DNA of 49,059 nucleotides from Vampirovibrionales bacterium (GCA_035285385.1 JAYKJM010000002.1:1-49059); one strand, 5' to 3'. Counted from the first letter of the stretch, positions 1 through 11,838 are shown. Notes: generated from the letters alone by a model not told the origin. Numbers and translations: made by a program.

Positions 1-1535
1 GCATTCTTCTCATACGTGTACAAATGATGCACCCCACCCTCGAGTTGGGCAGCCGGCGAGCGCTGTTCAAAGCGAAGTTGCCCCGACATAAGCGCCGCAT
101 GAAGCTTAGAAATCGAAGGCTGGCCGACATCTTGCAAGCTGTGACGCAAGCCTTGCAGCAAATACGGCACAAACCGATGCACAGAGCCCTTGTCCATCAC
201 GGCACCGCTGACGCCTTGGGCAATTTTGACACGGTCTGCATCGCTGAGGTAGCGCTTGGCACTACCCTTGGCCATGGCCTCCAGCGACCCCATCCCTCGA
301 TACTTCTTGAGGCGCACGCCGTCTTTGTAAAAATAATCGCCAGGAGACTCTTCGGTGCCCGCCAGCATGGAGCCCATCATCACGGCTGAGGCGCCCAACG
401 ACAGCGCTTTGCCAATATGACCAATGCAGGCAATGCCGCCATCGGCAACCACCGGCACCCCGTGCAATCGCGCCAGCGCCGAAACCCGATAAACGGCCGT
501 GGCCTGAGGCCGCCCAACGGCCACAACATCTTGCGTGGTGCAAATGGAGCCAACGCCCATGCCCACTCGAAGCGCATCGGCGCCCAAGTCAATAAGGTGC
601 TGCGCCTGCGCCTGCGTGACAACATTGCCCGCCATCACGTCAATGTGAGGATAGGTTGCTTTTATCCAGCTTAGCATGCGGTGCTGATAAATGGAGTCGC
701 CCTGGGAGGAGTCTATGACAATTAAATCAACCCCTGCCTCCGCCAGCGCCGCCACGCGATCGCGATCATCGTCTCGGGTGCCAACAGAGGCACCCACTCG
801 TAATTGATTGTTGGCCACATCTTTGGTCGCCAGAGGATAATCGCGACTTTTGAGCAAATCTTTTCTGGAAATCAGCGCCACCAGTTCGCCGTGTGCGTTG
901 ACAATCGGGAGTTTTCCTTTTTTACTCTGGCGTAAAATCTGGTTGGCTTCTTCCAGGGTGCACCCTTCGCGCGCTGTGATTAACTCGGTGGTCATCACGT
1001 TGGCCAGCGGCAGGCTGCGGTCTGCAATAAAATCCACGTCACGATTGGTAATCATGCCGGCCAGCTTGCTGCCAAGCTCTCCGCTTTCGGTAATGACGAC
1101 GCTGGAAAACCCATATTTGGCCTTGATGGCATCGACATCGGCAATGGTATGACGAGGCGACAGCACCATGGGATGGGTAATAAACCCGTTTTTAAACCGC
1201 TTGACGGTACGCACTTCGGCGGCCTGCTCGTCAATGTGGGCGTTGCTGTGAATAATACCAATGGCTCCCTGAAGCGCCAGCGCAATGGCCATGGCGGCTT
1301 CCGTGACAGTATCCATCGGGGAGCTGACAATCGGCACGTTGAGCGTAATGTTGCGCGACAGGCGGCTGGCCAGCTCGGTTTCATCCGCCGAGAAGTTGAT
1401 TTGTCCCGGCAGCAGGATGAAATCATCATAGGTCAGCCCTGGGCCTTTGCTGAATAGTTGCTCGGCGGAGCAGCCATCGAGCAACTCAGCAGGGGTGTGG
1501 GTTGTTGCTGAGGATGTTGAAGAAAGCGTAGCCAT
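1..1535 (-). CDS. guaB: IMP dehydrogenase; the last few codons run off the left window edge
   Basis: Own translation of the minus strand (absent from the ORF track because truncated). ATG at 1535. [40 protein letters not shown]-type insert..[13 protein letters not shown] (catalytic Cys loop)..[12 protein letters not shown]. Termini resemble the eukaryote-type IMPDH subfamily. Confidence 0.93.
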   Translation of the reverse strand, partial: MATLSSTSSATTHTPAELLDGCSAEQLFSKGPGLTYDDFILLPGQINFSADETELASRLSRNITLNVPIVSSPMDTVTEAAMAIALALQGAIGIIHSNAHIDEQAAEVRTVKRFKNGFITHPMVLSPRHTIADVDAIKAKYGFSSVVITESGELGSKLAGMITNRDVDFIADRSLPLANVMTTELITAREGCTLEEANQILRQSKKGKLPIVNAHGELVALISRKDLLKSRDYPLATKDVANNQLRVGASVGTRDDDRDRVAALAEAGVDLIVIDSSQGDSIYQHRMLSWIKATYPHIDVMAGNVVTQAQAQHLIDLGADALRVGMGVGSICTTQDVVAVGRPQATAVYRVSALARLHGVPVVADGGIACIGHIGKALSLGASAVMMGSMLAGTEESPGDYFYKDGVRLKKYRGMGSLEAMAKGSAKRYLSDADRVKIAQGVSGAVMDKGSVHRFVPYLLQGLRHSLQDVGQPSISKLHAALMSGQLRFEQRSPAAQLEGGVHHLYTYEKN

Positions 1536-1564
1536 AAATTTAGTGTAGCGGAAAATGACTCAAA

Positions 1565-1608
1565 CAAAAGAGACAAAATCCCCTCGGTGGCGAACCATCG
1601 AGGGGATT
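1565..1608 (-). terminator. Rho-independent terminator downstream of groEL
   Basis: 10-bp stem AATCCCCTCG / CGAGGGGATT (about 1577-1586 and 1599-1608). On the minus strand it is followed by TTTGTCTCTTTTGTTTG, about 25 nt after the groEL stop. Confidence 0.6.
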
Positions 1609-1632
1609 GATTGCTAGACTAAACGCGGACGT

Positions 1633-3312
<1,680 letters not shown>

Positions 3313-3317
3313 TTAAA

Positions 3318-3632
3318 CTAGGCTTCAATAATGGCCAAAATGTCTTTTTCGGAAATGATTTTCAGTTCGACGCCGTCGAGCTTGACATCCGTGCCGCCGT
3401 ATTTGGCAAACAGAACGACATCGCCAACTTTAACGGTCATCGCTTCAAGTTGACCATTTTCCAGTTTGCGACCGGGGCCAATAGCGACCACTTTTGCCCG
3501 CTGAGGGCGTTCTTTGGTCACGGTATCAGGAATAAAAATACCGCCTGCGGTTTGGCTGGCATCATCAATAGGCTCAAGCACGACGCGATCGGCTAAGGGC
3601 TGGAGCTTGGTTTTGATTTGAGTTGCTGTCAT
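3318..3632 (-). CDS. groES: Co-chaperonin GroES (Cpn10)
   Basis: ORF 3318..3719 trimmed to the internal ATG at 3632 (MTATQIKTKLQPLADRVVLEP..), which has GGAGG 7-8 nt upstream. Typical GroES motifs GGIFIPD and VGDVVLFAKYGGT. Located 56 nt upstream of groEL. Confidence 0.95.
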   Translation of the reverse strand: MTATQIKTKLQPLADRVVLEPIDDASQTAGGIFIPDTVTKERPQRAKVVAIGPGRKLENGQLEAMTVKVGDVVLFAKYGGTDVKLDGVELKIISEKDILAIIEA

Positions 3633-3698
3633 GGAATGAATAACCTCCACAAAATAAAGATGATTTGAATATGGAAATTGAAAATATTTACAAAAGAG

Positions 3699-3730
3699 AA
3701 AGCACAAATGCTTCGACACATCTGTGCTTT
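3699..3730 (-). promoter_or_regulatory. Inverted repeat upstream of groES, CIRCE-like core with a longer spacer
   Basis: AAAGCACA-N16-TGTGCTTT, 67-98 nt upstream of the groES ATG. It shares the AGCAC...GTGCT core of CIRCE (TTAGCACTC-N9-GAGTGCTAA), but the spacing differs. Confidence 0.3.
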
Positions 3731-3870
3731 TGTATGGATTATTCTAGGACAAGAGCCATCATAATCCTTGTGTTTTAAGGAAAACTTAAGGCTTAGGCTC
3801 TACAAATATTAACATCGCCTTTCGGCTAAGATGATTTAAAATATCTCCCCTTTTATGGAAGGCTATTGAA

Positions 3871-4368
3871 ATGTTGTCCTCCCAAGCAATGCCAGAGTGG
3901 CTTGAGCGTACCGTCAGACAAGGCAAGGCCATTCCTTTGCCAGACTTGTTACGGCTCAATGTTTCAAGATTTCATTGGTCAGAGTTGAGTCTTTCTCTCC
4001 CTGAACCACAAACCTGTGAGCCGTTGACGGGTCAATTAACTCTTCAGCGTCATCCGGGTGGCCTCCTGTTGAGCGGAGCGCTTTCTGGTGCTGTTGAAAC
4101 GCCTTGCAGACGTTGCCTAAAGCTTTTTAGCCAGCCGGTTTCTTTAACTATTGAAGAAGCGTTTAGCTTGCAGAGCCCCTCGTGCTTGTCCAATGAGCCT
4201 CTTGTCAGCGGCCGTGAGGTTGAGTTGAGTGCGGCAGATTTTGTGGAACCGCTGGATCCAGAAGGGGTGCTGGATATTCAGGATGTGGTTCGTCAGCTGG
4301 TTGAGGCCAATCTTAATACCCACGCCATTTGTGAGGATTGTCAATATGGTGACGATGAGTCGCTTTAA
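3871..4368 (+). CDS. DUF177 / YceD-family protein
   Basis: 165 aa, acidic, with two Cys pairs (CRRCLKLF and ICEDCQYG) positioned as in the YceD/DUF177 family. Confidence 0.6.
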   Translation: MLSSQAMPEWLERTVRQGKAIPLPDLLRLNVSRFHWSELSLSLPEPQTCEPLTGQLTLQRHPGGLLLSGALSGAVETPCRRCLKLFSQPVSLTIEEAFSLQSPSCLSNEPLVSGREVELSAADFVEPLDPEGVLDIQDVVRQLVEANLNTHAICEDCQYGDDESL

Positions 4369-4765
4369 ATTAGTGCAGTATTGGAGCGTGAGATTTCTTC
4401 CTTTGATGGTGGGGTTTTTCCTCTTGGTGCTCGTCGTGGGTGATTTGCGACATCCTCAAGTCACTCAGCGCAGTTGCTCGGTGATTGCTCTGGGGACTGG
4501 GGTAGCAAGCCTCTTGAAAAATCACTCGCCGCTCTACCATACAGGGCGCGGAGCACAGCATAATATTGGACTGTCGTGTGAGGCGCCTCACGTCAACAAA
4601 GAAACTTCAAAAAAATCTATCTGGAGCTCCCCAGCCTTGCTCTGGGTCAATGATGAAGCTCCGTTTGCTTTTGGCCGAATCACGCTTGGCGACAGGGCTA
4701 TTCTGCGTGACATTCACTATCAGTTTTTACCCGTCCAGCATCGCTTGACAGTCAATAGCCAATAG
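4346..4765 (+). CDS. Hypothetical protein with an N-terminal transmembrane segment
   Basis: Internal ATG of ORF 4229..4765 (MVTMSRFKLVQYWSVRFLPLMVGFFLLVLVVGDL..). No recognisable family, so the coding status is uncertain. Confidence 0.3.
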   Translation: MVTMSRFKLVQYWSVRFLPLMVGFFLLVLVVGDLRHPQVTQRSCSVIALGTGVASLLKNHSPLYHTGRGAQHNIGLSCEAPHVNKETSKKSIWSSPALLWVNDEAPFAFGRITLGDRAILRDIHYQFLPVQHRLTVNSQ

Positions 4766-4807
4766 GCTCCAGAACTTGCAAGCCTTACTTACTAAGCTCT
4801 AGAGCCT
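4764..4807. terminator. Imperfect hairpin between convergent genes (possible bidirectional terminator)
   Basis: AGGCTC-C-AGA ... TCT-A-GAGCCT arms around an about 24-nt loop, followed by a T-rich stretch. Lies between the 4346..4765 ORF and the ftsZ stop. Confidence 0.3.
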
Positions 4808-4830
4808 ATTTCGGATTTCAGTTAATGCGA

Positions 4831-6096
4831 TTATTTCTTGGGGCGTGACAGGAAATCCGGTAAATCCAGATCCAGAAGCTTGCGAGCCGTTTCTTGAAGG
4901 CCACTGCCATTCTTACCTAGCATGGATGTGGCTTTCTGGCGAAGTTCAGCCGTGGGTGAAGCATTGCTTGCCATCGTCGGTTCTTGGCTTGCACCTGAAA
5001 AAGTACCTGCCGGGACTTTGGCGCCTTCGGCCGCGAATCGATCCAGATTTTCAAAAGGGCTTCTAACGCTTCGTGGTTGCCCAGTTGTTGCCTCTTCACC
5101 AAATAAGCCTGGCTGCTTGAGCTGAAAACCGGTTGCAATCACGGTGATTTGAATTTCACCCTGAATGCGATCATCAATCACCGAGCCAAAAATGATGTTG
5201 GCATCTTTGTCAACACATTCATAGACCACATCAGCCGCCTCGTTGACCTCAAAGAGGGTCATATCGGGGCCGCCTGTTACATTGAAGATAACGCCATTGG
5301 CGCCTTCAATAGAGGTCTCCAGCAAGGGTGAATTGACGGCCATGCGAGCCGCTTCCAGCGCACGTCCTTCCCCGGTACCTCTGCCGATACCCATAATGGC
5401 AGAACCCGCCATGCTCATGACGGCCTTAACATCGGCAAAATCAACGTTAATTAAACCCGGCACGGTAATGATATCCGAAATGCCCTGCACGCCACGCAAG
5501 AGAACATCATCTGCAATACGAAATGCTTCTTGCATGGAGGTGCGACGTTCCACGACCTGCAATAACTTGTCATTTGGGATCACAATCAAGGTGTCAACGG
5601 CATCTCTGAGGCCTTCCAGACCCTGAAGCGCCTGCTGTTGACGGCGGCGCCCCTCAAAGGCAAACGGACGCGTCACAACACCAACAGTCAGAGCTCCCAT
5701 GTCGCGAGCAACACTTGCCACAACGGGGGCTGCGCCAGTGCCTGTGCCACCGCCCATGCCGGCGGTAATAAAGACCATGTCGGCGCCTTCCAAGATGGCA
5801 GAAATTTCTTCGCGGCTTTCTTCGGCCGCTTTTTGTCCGATGGCAGGGTTGCCACCGGCACCGAGTCCGCGTGTAATTTTGTTGCCTAATTGAATGCGCT
5901 TCTCAGTCAGTGCCATATCCAACACTTGAGCGTCGGTGTTCATCACCCAAAAATCAATTCCTGAAAGGCCGTGAGCAATCATGCGATTGACGGCGTTGCC
6001 GCCTGCTCCGCCAACGCCCACCACTTTGATGTTGGCGCGCATACGATTGGCGGCAGAAGAATGACTGGCATCAGATTGGGAAAATTGCGACGACAT
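4831..6096 (-). CDS. ftsZ: Cell division GTPase FtsZ
   Basis: [24 protein letters not shown] (tubulin signature), NVDFADV and a C-terminal [13 protein letters not shown] peptide. The ORF track starts at TTG 6135; the first ATG (MSSQFSQ) is at 6096. Confidence 0.95.
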   Translation of the reverse strand: MSSQFSQSDASHSSAANRMRANIKVVGVGGAGGNAVNRMIAHGLSGIDFWVMNTDAQVLDMALTEKRIQLGNKITRGLGAGGNPAIGQKAAEESREEISAILEGADMVFITAGMGGGTGTGAAPVVASVARDMGALTVGVVTRPFAFEGRRRQQQALQGLEGLRDAVDTLIVIPNDKLLQVVERRTSMQEAFRIADDVLLRGVQGISDIITVPGLINVDFADVKAVMSMAGSAIMGIGRGTGEGRALEAARMAVNSPLLETSIEGANGVIFNVTGGPDMTLFEVNEAADVVYECVDKDANIIFGSVIDDRIQGEIQITVIATGFQLKQPGLFGEEATTGQPRSVRSPFENLDRFAAEGAKVPAGTFSGASQEPTMASNASPTAELRQKATSMLGKNGSGLQETARKLLDLDLPDFLSRPKK

Positions 6097-6601
6097 AGGA
6101 GTTAAATTCCCTTTCAGTTTAGGAGGAAAGCTCAAAAGAGCATAGAAAACGCAGACGATTCGATAGCTAAGAATGTACGGGGATGGATATTTACCTGATT
6201 AAACCACAAAAAACGGCAGGGCTTGTTGTGTTTCCTCTGGCGACTCATAGCGGATGAATCACAAACGCTGGGACAAATCAGAACACAGCAGACAAGCAGA
6301 CAAAATTAGGGGGTAAAAGATGGGACTTTTTTATCTGTTTTTAGATTTAATAAGAAAACTCTAAAAAGCACGGAGAAAATTTTTATGAGCGGCTTTTTCA
6401 TGAAAAGCTTTAATGTGAAAACATCAGATTAAAATAATCATCCAATTGTAGTAGGTGACGCAAGGTCTTGTAAACGCCTTGATACCAAAACAATCAGCCG
6501 TTGATTGGCTTGATTTTCGGCTTTTTGAAGCGTCGAAAAATTGAGCCCGAGAAGATTTTTAGGAGAAAGTTCTACTCAAGTGCTTGGCTGGATTGGAATG
6601 A

Positions 6602-7618
6602 ATGGCTGGATTTTTCAAAATCAACCTCATGAAGCCTCTGATGCGAAAAAAACGACTTGGTTGTAGTATGAAATGGTTCTATATGATGCATGATTCTGTT
6701 TCCTCCTTGTCTTATAAGCGGCTTGATGTCACCCAGCTGGCCGCCGAAGTCGATCGGCTGCCTGAGCTGCCGCAAGCGGTTGTTGGGGTCATGCGTGCCT
6801 TGGAAGAGCCGGATGTTGATGCCGATGACTTGGCTTCGATCATTCGCCTTGACCCCAATTTGACGGCTCAAATTTTGCGTCTGAGCAATTCAGCCGCCTA
6901 TGGTTTATCGCGTCGGGTAGAAACTGTCAAAGATGCGGTTGCCATTTTGGGTCAAAACACTTTAAAAAGCCTTTTATATACCATTTTATCTCATCAGGCA
7001 TTGACGCAGGAAATGCCTGGGTATGCTCTTAAAGCCGGCGATTTGTGGTCACATGCCATGACGGGTGCATTTTATGCCCGCCACATGAGTAAGAACCTTC
7101 ATTTGTTAGGCCTTGCCAGTTCGGCCAAAATGGATCCTGAGGTTGTTTTTACGGCAGCCCTCTTGCGCGATATTGGTAAAATTATTCTGGCCGCCTATGT
7201 GGGGGCAAACTACAGCGATATTGAACATTACGCGCTCAAGCATCAAGTCAGTTTTCAGCAAGCCGAGCGTCACGTGATTGGTGCCAGCCATACAGATGTT
7301 GGTGAGGCCATCGCAGAGCGCTGGCAGCTGCCGCAAAGTATTTTGCGTACTATTGCTTACCATCACACCCCTTTAAATGCCCCTAAAAGCCTGAATCCAC
7401 AAGATGATCTTGTTTTGGCGTTGGTGCATTTGGCCGATGGCATTGCTAGCCTGCTTGGCAAGGGTGTTGGGTGCGATGGCTTGATGTATCAAATTGATTT
7501 TAGCGCCCTGAACACTGCGGGGCTTGTTTTAGAGAAAGAACAATTTGAAAGATTGATTGCTGAATTCATGATAATTCAGCCGCAACTGGATGACATGTTA
7601 AGCACCATGAAAGCCTGA
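6602..7618 (+). CDS. HDOD domain-containing signalling protein
   Basis: LPELPQAVVGVMRAL..LASIIRLDPNLTAQILRLSNSAAYG..LLRDIGKIIL..HTDVGEAIAERWQLPQSILRTIAYHH are typical HDOD motifs. The start is uncertain (ATGs at 6602, 6668, 6683). Confidence 0.8.
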   Translation: MAGFFKINLMKPLMRKKRLGCSMKWFYMMHDSVSSLSYKRLDVTQLAAEVDRLPELPQAVVGVMRALEEPDVDADDLASIIRLDPNLTAQILRLSNSAAYGLSRRVETVKDAVAILGQNTLKSLLYTILSHQALTQEMPGYALKAGDLWSHAMTGAFYARHMSKNLHLLGLASSAKMDPEVVFTAALLRDIGKIILAAYVGANYSDIEHYALKHQVSFQQAERHVIGASHTDVGEAIAERWQLPQSILRTIAYHHTPLNAPKSLNPQDDLVLALVHLADGIASLLGKGVGCDGLMYQIDFSALNTAGLVLEKEQFERLIAEFMIIQPQLDDMLSTMKA

Positions 7619-7632
7619 TTGAACCGCTGTTT

Positions 7633-8157
7633 TTGAGCAAAAAAATTCACGTTATGCCCATTCAAACCACAGAAACCATTGCCATGGGAGATGTGATTAT
7701 CTGCGATAATCGCACGCGGGTGTTTGAGTTGCCTCAATTGGCCTCGGGGTTGCTGGTTTGTCTTTACGATCCTGGCCTGCCGCTTTTGGGCTTGGCGCAT
7801 ATCGTGTTGCCAGATAGCACCATTGCTGCTGATTCATCAGAGGCTGTGGCGGGTAAATACGCTGATAGAGCCATGCCGCTATTGATTCAGGGATTTGAAG
7901 ATAAGAGCGGATCCCTCGAGCGCAGCGTGATCAAGCTGGTGGGTGGTGCGCAGCTTTTCAGCTTTGGCGGCGGCGGGGGCAATATCCTCAACATTGGCTC
8001 TCGAAATGCCATCGCGGTGCGTGCTTTTTTGTCAAAGTATGGCCTTGCGGTTGAAAAAGCCGATGTTGGGGGTAATAAAGTCCGCACCGTCAAGATTATC
8101 TTGGCCACTGGGCAAATTATGATTCAGCAAATTGGCGCCCGAGAGTATATTTTGTAA
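7633..8157 (+). CDS. cheD: Chemoreceptor glutamine deamidase CheD
   Basis: 174 aa with LVCLYDP..GLAHIVLP..GKYADRAMPLL..KLVGGAQLF..IGSRNA..DVGGNKVRTV, matching the CheD consensus along the whole length. Confidence 0.8.
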   Translation: MSKKIHVMPIQTTETIAMGDVIICDNRTRVFELPQLASGLLVCLYDPGLPLLGLAHIVLPDSTIAADSSEAVAGKYADRAMPLLIQGFEDKSGSLERSVIKLVGGAQLFSFGGGGGNILNIGSRNAIAVRAFLSKYGLAVEKADVGGNKVRTVKIILATGQIMIQQIGAREYIL

Positions 8158-8170
8158 CCCACCACTCAGG

Positions 8171-9079
8171 CTACAATGTTCCTGCGACGATTTTCTCCAG
8201 TTTGTAGGCCAGAATATCACTGGCGCCCGCCGCCACCAGTTTGGGGATAAGTGCGGGTACATCGGAGGCTGAAACAGCCACTTTTACCGCAAACCCACTT
8301 TGATTGTGCAGCGGTGAGATGGTAGGAGAACGCATGGCTGGCAACATGGCAATGACAGCATTAAACGTCTCTGCAGAGACATTCATCTCCAGCAACACGC
8401 GACGTTGGGCATCGAGGGTACTTTTCATGAGCATGACCAGCTCATCCAGCAATTCTTTTTTCCAGGGTGTTTCAAGCACCATCGGATGCGCAATAAATCG
8501 GGTTGTGCTCTGTAAAATTTCGCCCACAATGTCTAGGCGATTCATGCGCAAGGTACTCCCAGTGGCGGTGTTGTCGACAATCATATCGGCATCTTCTGGG
8601 GGTAGGGCTTCTGTGGCGCCATACGATTGAACAAAAATATGCGGAATATCCTGCTGCCTGAGATAGCTTGTTGTGAGGTGTCGATATTCAGATGCCACGA
8701 TGAGCGGCGATTTCCCCTGACTGGCAGCTTCGCGAGCTCTTGCCCTCCAGTCTCCAGAGGCGAGCTGCTCGGGCATGGCAGCCACGATTTTGACCGGATC
8801 AAAGCCCAGATCGAGCAGTTCTACGACATTGGCCTGCTGTTCTAACACCCAGTCGTGACCCGTGAACCCAATATCATGGCGCCCCAGACCCAACAGTGCG
8901 GCAATATTTTGTGGCTTGAGCACCTTGACCTCAATGCGAGGGTCGCTGCAAACCGGTCGATATGAGCGCGAGGTGGTGGAAAAATGCATGCCCGCTTTGG
9001 CAAGCAGATCATAAACTTTTTCCTGAATGCGTCCCTTGGGGAGCACGAGCTTCAGTTTGTTGTCAGATGAGGTGGCCAT
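8171..9079 (-). CDS. hisG: ATP phosphoribosyltransferase, long form with C-terminal regulatory domain
   Basis: 302 aa. KLKLVLPKGRIQE.., GHDWVLEQ, DMIVDNTATGSTLRMN, plus a HisG_C-like tail. Confidence 0.9.
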   Translation of the reverse strand: MATSSDNKLKLVLPKGRIQEKVYDLLAKAGMHFSTTSRSYRPVCSDPRIEVKVLKPQNIAALLGLGRHDIGFTGHDWVLEQQANVVELLDLGFDPVKIVAAMPEQLASGDWRARAREAASQGKSPLIVASEYRHLTTSYLRQQDIPHIFVQSYGATEALPPEDADMIVDNTATGSTLRMNRLDIVGEILQSTTRFIAHPMVLETPWKKELLDELVMLMKSTLDAQRRVLLEMNVSAETFNAVIAMLPAMRSPTISPLHNQSGFAVKVAVSASDVPALIPKLVAAGASDILAYKLEKIVAGTL

Positions 9080-9257
9080 AATGCAAAATTTCCGATGATA
9101 AGGCTTCAGTCAAGAATAGGGGCAATAGAAAAAATCACCCACAGATTTAAATGGGCAAGTTTGTTGTGTTGACGGTAGCATAAGAGTGTAAAATTAATAA
9201 ACGTGCCTCATGCTTTTATTTTTATTCTTGTCACAATACTTCAGAAGTGTTTTACCA

Positions 9258-10748
9258 ATGACCTCAGATACTCTCGATTTGACCCAGACAGCATTTGAAC
9301 CGGTTATGGGTCTTGAAGTCCACGTGCAGTTAGCTACACAGTCCAAGCTTTTTTCTGAAGCCCCTAACCACTTTGGTGATGCGCCAAACACCAACATTTC
9401 TCCGGTGTGTCTGGGTTTACCGGGTACGCTGCCGGTCCTTAACGGGAAGGCTCTGGAATTTGGCATTCGCCTTGGTCTGGCGCTCAATTGCCAGATTGCC
9501 CACCTCACCAAGTTTGATCGCAAGCAGTATTTTTATCCCGATTTGCCCAAGGCCTACCAGATCTCGCAATACGATGAGCCGATTTGTCAAAATGGGCATA
9601 TGGTTCTTTCTAACGGCCGAAAAATTCGAATTTTACGCGCTCACCTTGAAGAAGATGCGGGCAAGCTGGTTCATGGTGGCGCAGAGGGTCTCCATGGCTC
9701 CTCTCACAGTCTTGCCGATTATAATCGTGCGGGTACCCCACTACTTGAAATTGTAACAGAACCTGATTTTCGGACCTCTGAAGAGGCGCGTGAATACCTC
9801 ACCCGTCTGCGGATGTTGGTGCGCTATTTGGGCGTGAGCGATGGCAACATGGAGGAAGGCTCCATGCGTTGCGATGCAAATGTCAGCGTGCGCCCTGTGG
9901 GCAGCGATAAACTCGGTACGAAGGCTGAAGTCAAGAACATGAACAGTTTTCGAAGTGTACAGCGGGCGATTGATTCCGAAGTGGCTCGTCAAATTGAGGT
10001 CATTCAATCTGGTGGGCGGGTGATTCAGGAATCGCGTCTGTGGCATGAAGCCACGGGTACGACCGCTTCGATGCGCAGCAAGGAAGAGGCTCATGATTAT
10101 CGCTATTTCCCTGAGCCAGACCTGCCGCTGATGGCCATTGACCCCGCCTGGGTGGAAGCCCTTCGAAAAACACAACCAGAATTGCCCGAAGCGCGCCTAG
10201 AGCGTTTGAAATCGCAATTTATGCTCTCAGACTACGATGCCAGCGTGCTGGTAGAGTCCAAGGATCTGGGGGATTTTTTCCTGAGTACTGCGGACTACGT
10301 GCAAGCTCCTGCGCAGTTTAAGGCGGTTGCTAACTGGCTTCAGGGTGATATTTCAGGGTGGCTCAAGCATGCCGATTTGAATCCAGACAGGCTGGAATTG
10401 ATGCAAACTAAACTCACGCCTCAGGCCTTGGCCGAGATGGTTGCGCTGGTAGAGGCCGGCACCATTAGCAACGCCATTGCCAAAAAAATCATCGTGACGC
10501 TGCTTACCGAAGGTGGTTCGCCCAAAGTGATTGTAGACTCTCAGGGGCTTGCTCAGGTCTCTGATGAAGGGGCTTTAAAGACGACGATAGCTGACATTCT
10601 TGCTGCTAATGCGTCTCAGGTGGCGGCTTATCGCGCAGGGAAAGATAAATTGTTTGGATTCTTTGTGGGCCAAGCAATGAAGGCCACTCAGGGGCGTGCC
10701 AATCCTGAGGTGCTCAATGCGCTGTTAAAAGCCGCCTTGGATGGATAA
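9258..10748 (+). CDS. gatB: Asp/Glu-tRNA amidotransferase subunit B
   Basis: FEPVMGLEVHVQL, CLGLPGTLPVLN, KQYFYPDLPKAYQISQ, HLEEDAGK, MRCDANVSVR, NMNSFRSV. ORF 9210 trimmed to the ATG at 9258 (MTSDTLDL). Confidence 0.95.
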   Translation: MTSDTLDLTQTAFEPVMGLEVHVQLATQSKLFSEAPNHFGDAPNTNISPVCLGLPGTLPVLNGKALEFGIRLGLALNCQIAHLTKFDRKQYFYPDLPKAYQISQYDEPICQNGHMVLSNGRKIRILRAHLEEDAGKLVHGGAEGLHGSSHSLADYNRAGTPLLEIVTEPDFRTSEEAREYLTRLRMLVRYLGVSDGNMEEGSMRCDANVSVRPVGSDKLGTKAEVKNMNSFRSVQRAIDSEVARQIEVIQSGGRVIQESRLWHEATGTTASMRSKEEAHDYRYFPEPDLPLMAIDPAWVEALRKTQPELPEARLERLKSQFMLSDYDASVLVESKDLGDFFLSTADYVQAPAQFKAVANWLQGDISGWLKHADLNPDRLELMQTKLTPQALAEMVALVEAGTISNAIAKKIIVTLLTEGGSPKVIVDSQGLAQVSDEGALKTTIADILAANASQVAAYRAGKDKLFGFFVGQAMKATQGRANPEVLNALLKAALDG

Positions 10749-10806
10749 GTTTGATATTTCAAATTGCAAGAGCAAATGACCTTGGCTGGAGTAAAATAAT
10801 TGCCTT

Positions 10807-11838
10807 ATGAATGCTTCCGACACCCCGCTGGAACGTCAGTTGCGCCGCATGCATCCAGGCGCCCAAGATAGCGCCCAAGTTATTTCGGGTTTTGGTTGGT
10901 TGGGCATGCTCTTGCCGCCGCCCGCATTGCCCTTGGTGCTCTTGCTGATTATCGTGATGCCGCTGAGTATCCTCACCGCAGAAAGTTTGTTGTGGCCAGT
11001 CATCGAGTGGGGGCAGGCTTTGGCAATGGGTCAAATTGATTCGGTGCCCTGGCTTCTGTTGGCCAAGCTGATAGGGTTTGTTCTTTTGTGCTGGGTAGGC
11101 TTGTTAATGCTCGGTTTTCGGCTGACGCTTACTTACTATATGCAGTGGGTTCGATCCTTTCCACGCCCCCATGCTTTGCATGTTGCCTATGCGCCCGATG
11201 CCACAGAGTCCATGGCCAGCTTGCTTCACTGGCGCTGGTTTCGTTTGATGGCTAGCGTGGGCCCTGCTGTTTTATTGGCCACCTTGGCAATGGGCTTGTT
11301 TGTGGGCGGTATTTTTACTTTTAGCTGGCTGATGGGGATGCCCGCGCTCTTGCTGCCTTTTATACTCAGTTTGGGATTGTTTGTATTCATGCTGTTGGGG
11401 CTTGCGGCGATCATTTTTGCTGCTCGTGGCATCTGGCACTGGATGGGCACGGTGTTTGGAGAAGTGATTGCCATTACAGAGCCTTGGCTTGAGCAGCGTT
11501 TGGTGTATGCACGCGCTCGACGATTGGCATGGTGCTCGCCGGCGTCGTTTTTATTCTTCCCCCTTTATGGATTGTTTTTACTGTGGTGTGTGGGCGCCTC
11601 TGTTTGGTTGATTTTTGACTATGACATTGCCGACTTGTTGCAGGTGTCCTCTCATTGGATTCCGGTTTTATTGGTCAGCACTTTGAGCGTGGCCTTTTAT
11701 CTGGTGTTAAATGCCATGAAACTTTTTGCTTATCATCATGCCCTGATTGTCTATTACGCCCAGTTGCCCGCAGTGCCGCCATCAACACCTTATTACAGTT
11801 CATCTTCTGCCTTGCCTCGCTCTTCTTATGGTGTCTAA
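10807..11838 (+). CDS. Hypothetical polytopic membrane protein
   Basis: 343 aa with at least 7 long hydrophobic segments. No family recognised. Its 3' end overlaps the nanE start by 11 nt. Confidence 0.6.
   Translation: MNASDTPLERQLRRMHPGAQDSAQVISGFGWLGMLLPPPALPLVLLLIIVMPLSILTAESLLWPVIEWGQALAMGQIDSVPWLLLAKLIGFVLLCWVGLLMLGFRLTLTYYMQWVRSFPRPHALHVAYAPDATESMASLLHWRWFRLMASVGPAVLLATLAMGLFVGGIFTFSWLMGMPALLLPFILSLGLFVFMLLGLAAIIFAARGIWHWMGTVFGEVIAITEPWLEQRLVYARARRLAWCSPASFLFFPLYGLFLLWCVGASVWLIFDYDIADLLQVSSHWIPVLLVSTLSVAFYLVLNAMKLFAYHHALIVYYAQLPAVPPSTPYYSSSSALPRSSYGV

Noticed and set aside
756-763. GCGATCGC (the cyanobacterial HIP1 palindrome) inside guaB.
   Set aside because: I saw only isolated full or partial copies in the window. 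It is not enriched as in HIP1-containing cyanobacteria, so no repeat family is claimed.
4229-4345. N-terminal extension of ORF 4229..4765 overlapping the yceD-like gene by 140 nt.
   Set aside because: The extension is out of frame within a supported gene. The internal ATG at 4346 gives a sensible signal-anchor N-terminus.
4369-4830. Expected rpmF (L32), which commonly follows yceD/DUF177.
   Set aside because: No frame in this interval encodes an L32-like basic peptide, so nothing was called.
6136-6601. 465-bp AT-rich region between divergent ftsZ and the HDOD gene, examined for ncRNA, DnaA boxes and small ORFs. It includes the 15-codon MSGFFMKSFNVKTSD and a GCTTTTTCATGAAAAGC near-palindrome.
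   Set aside because: I found no DnaA-box clusters, no recognisable RNA-family motif and no supported small ORF. It is most simply two divergent promoter and leader regions.
11147-11157. GGGTTCGATCC, a tRNA T-loop-like string.
   Set aside because: It lies inside a coding region. The flanking bases do not form a T-stem or an acceptor stem, so it is not a tRNA.
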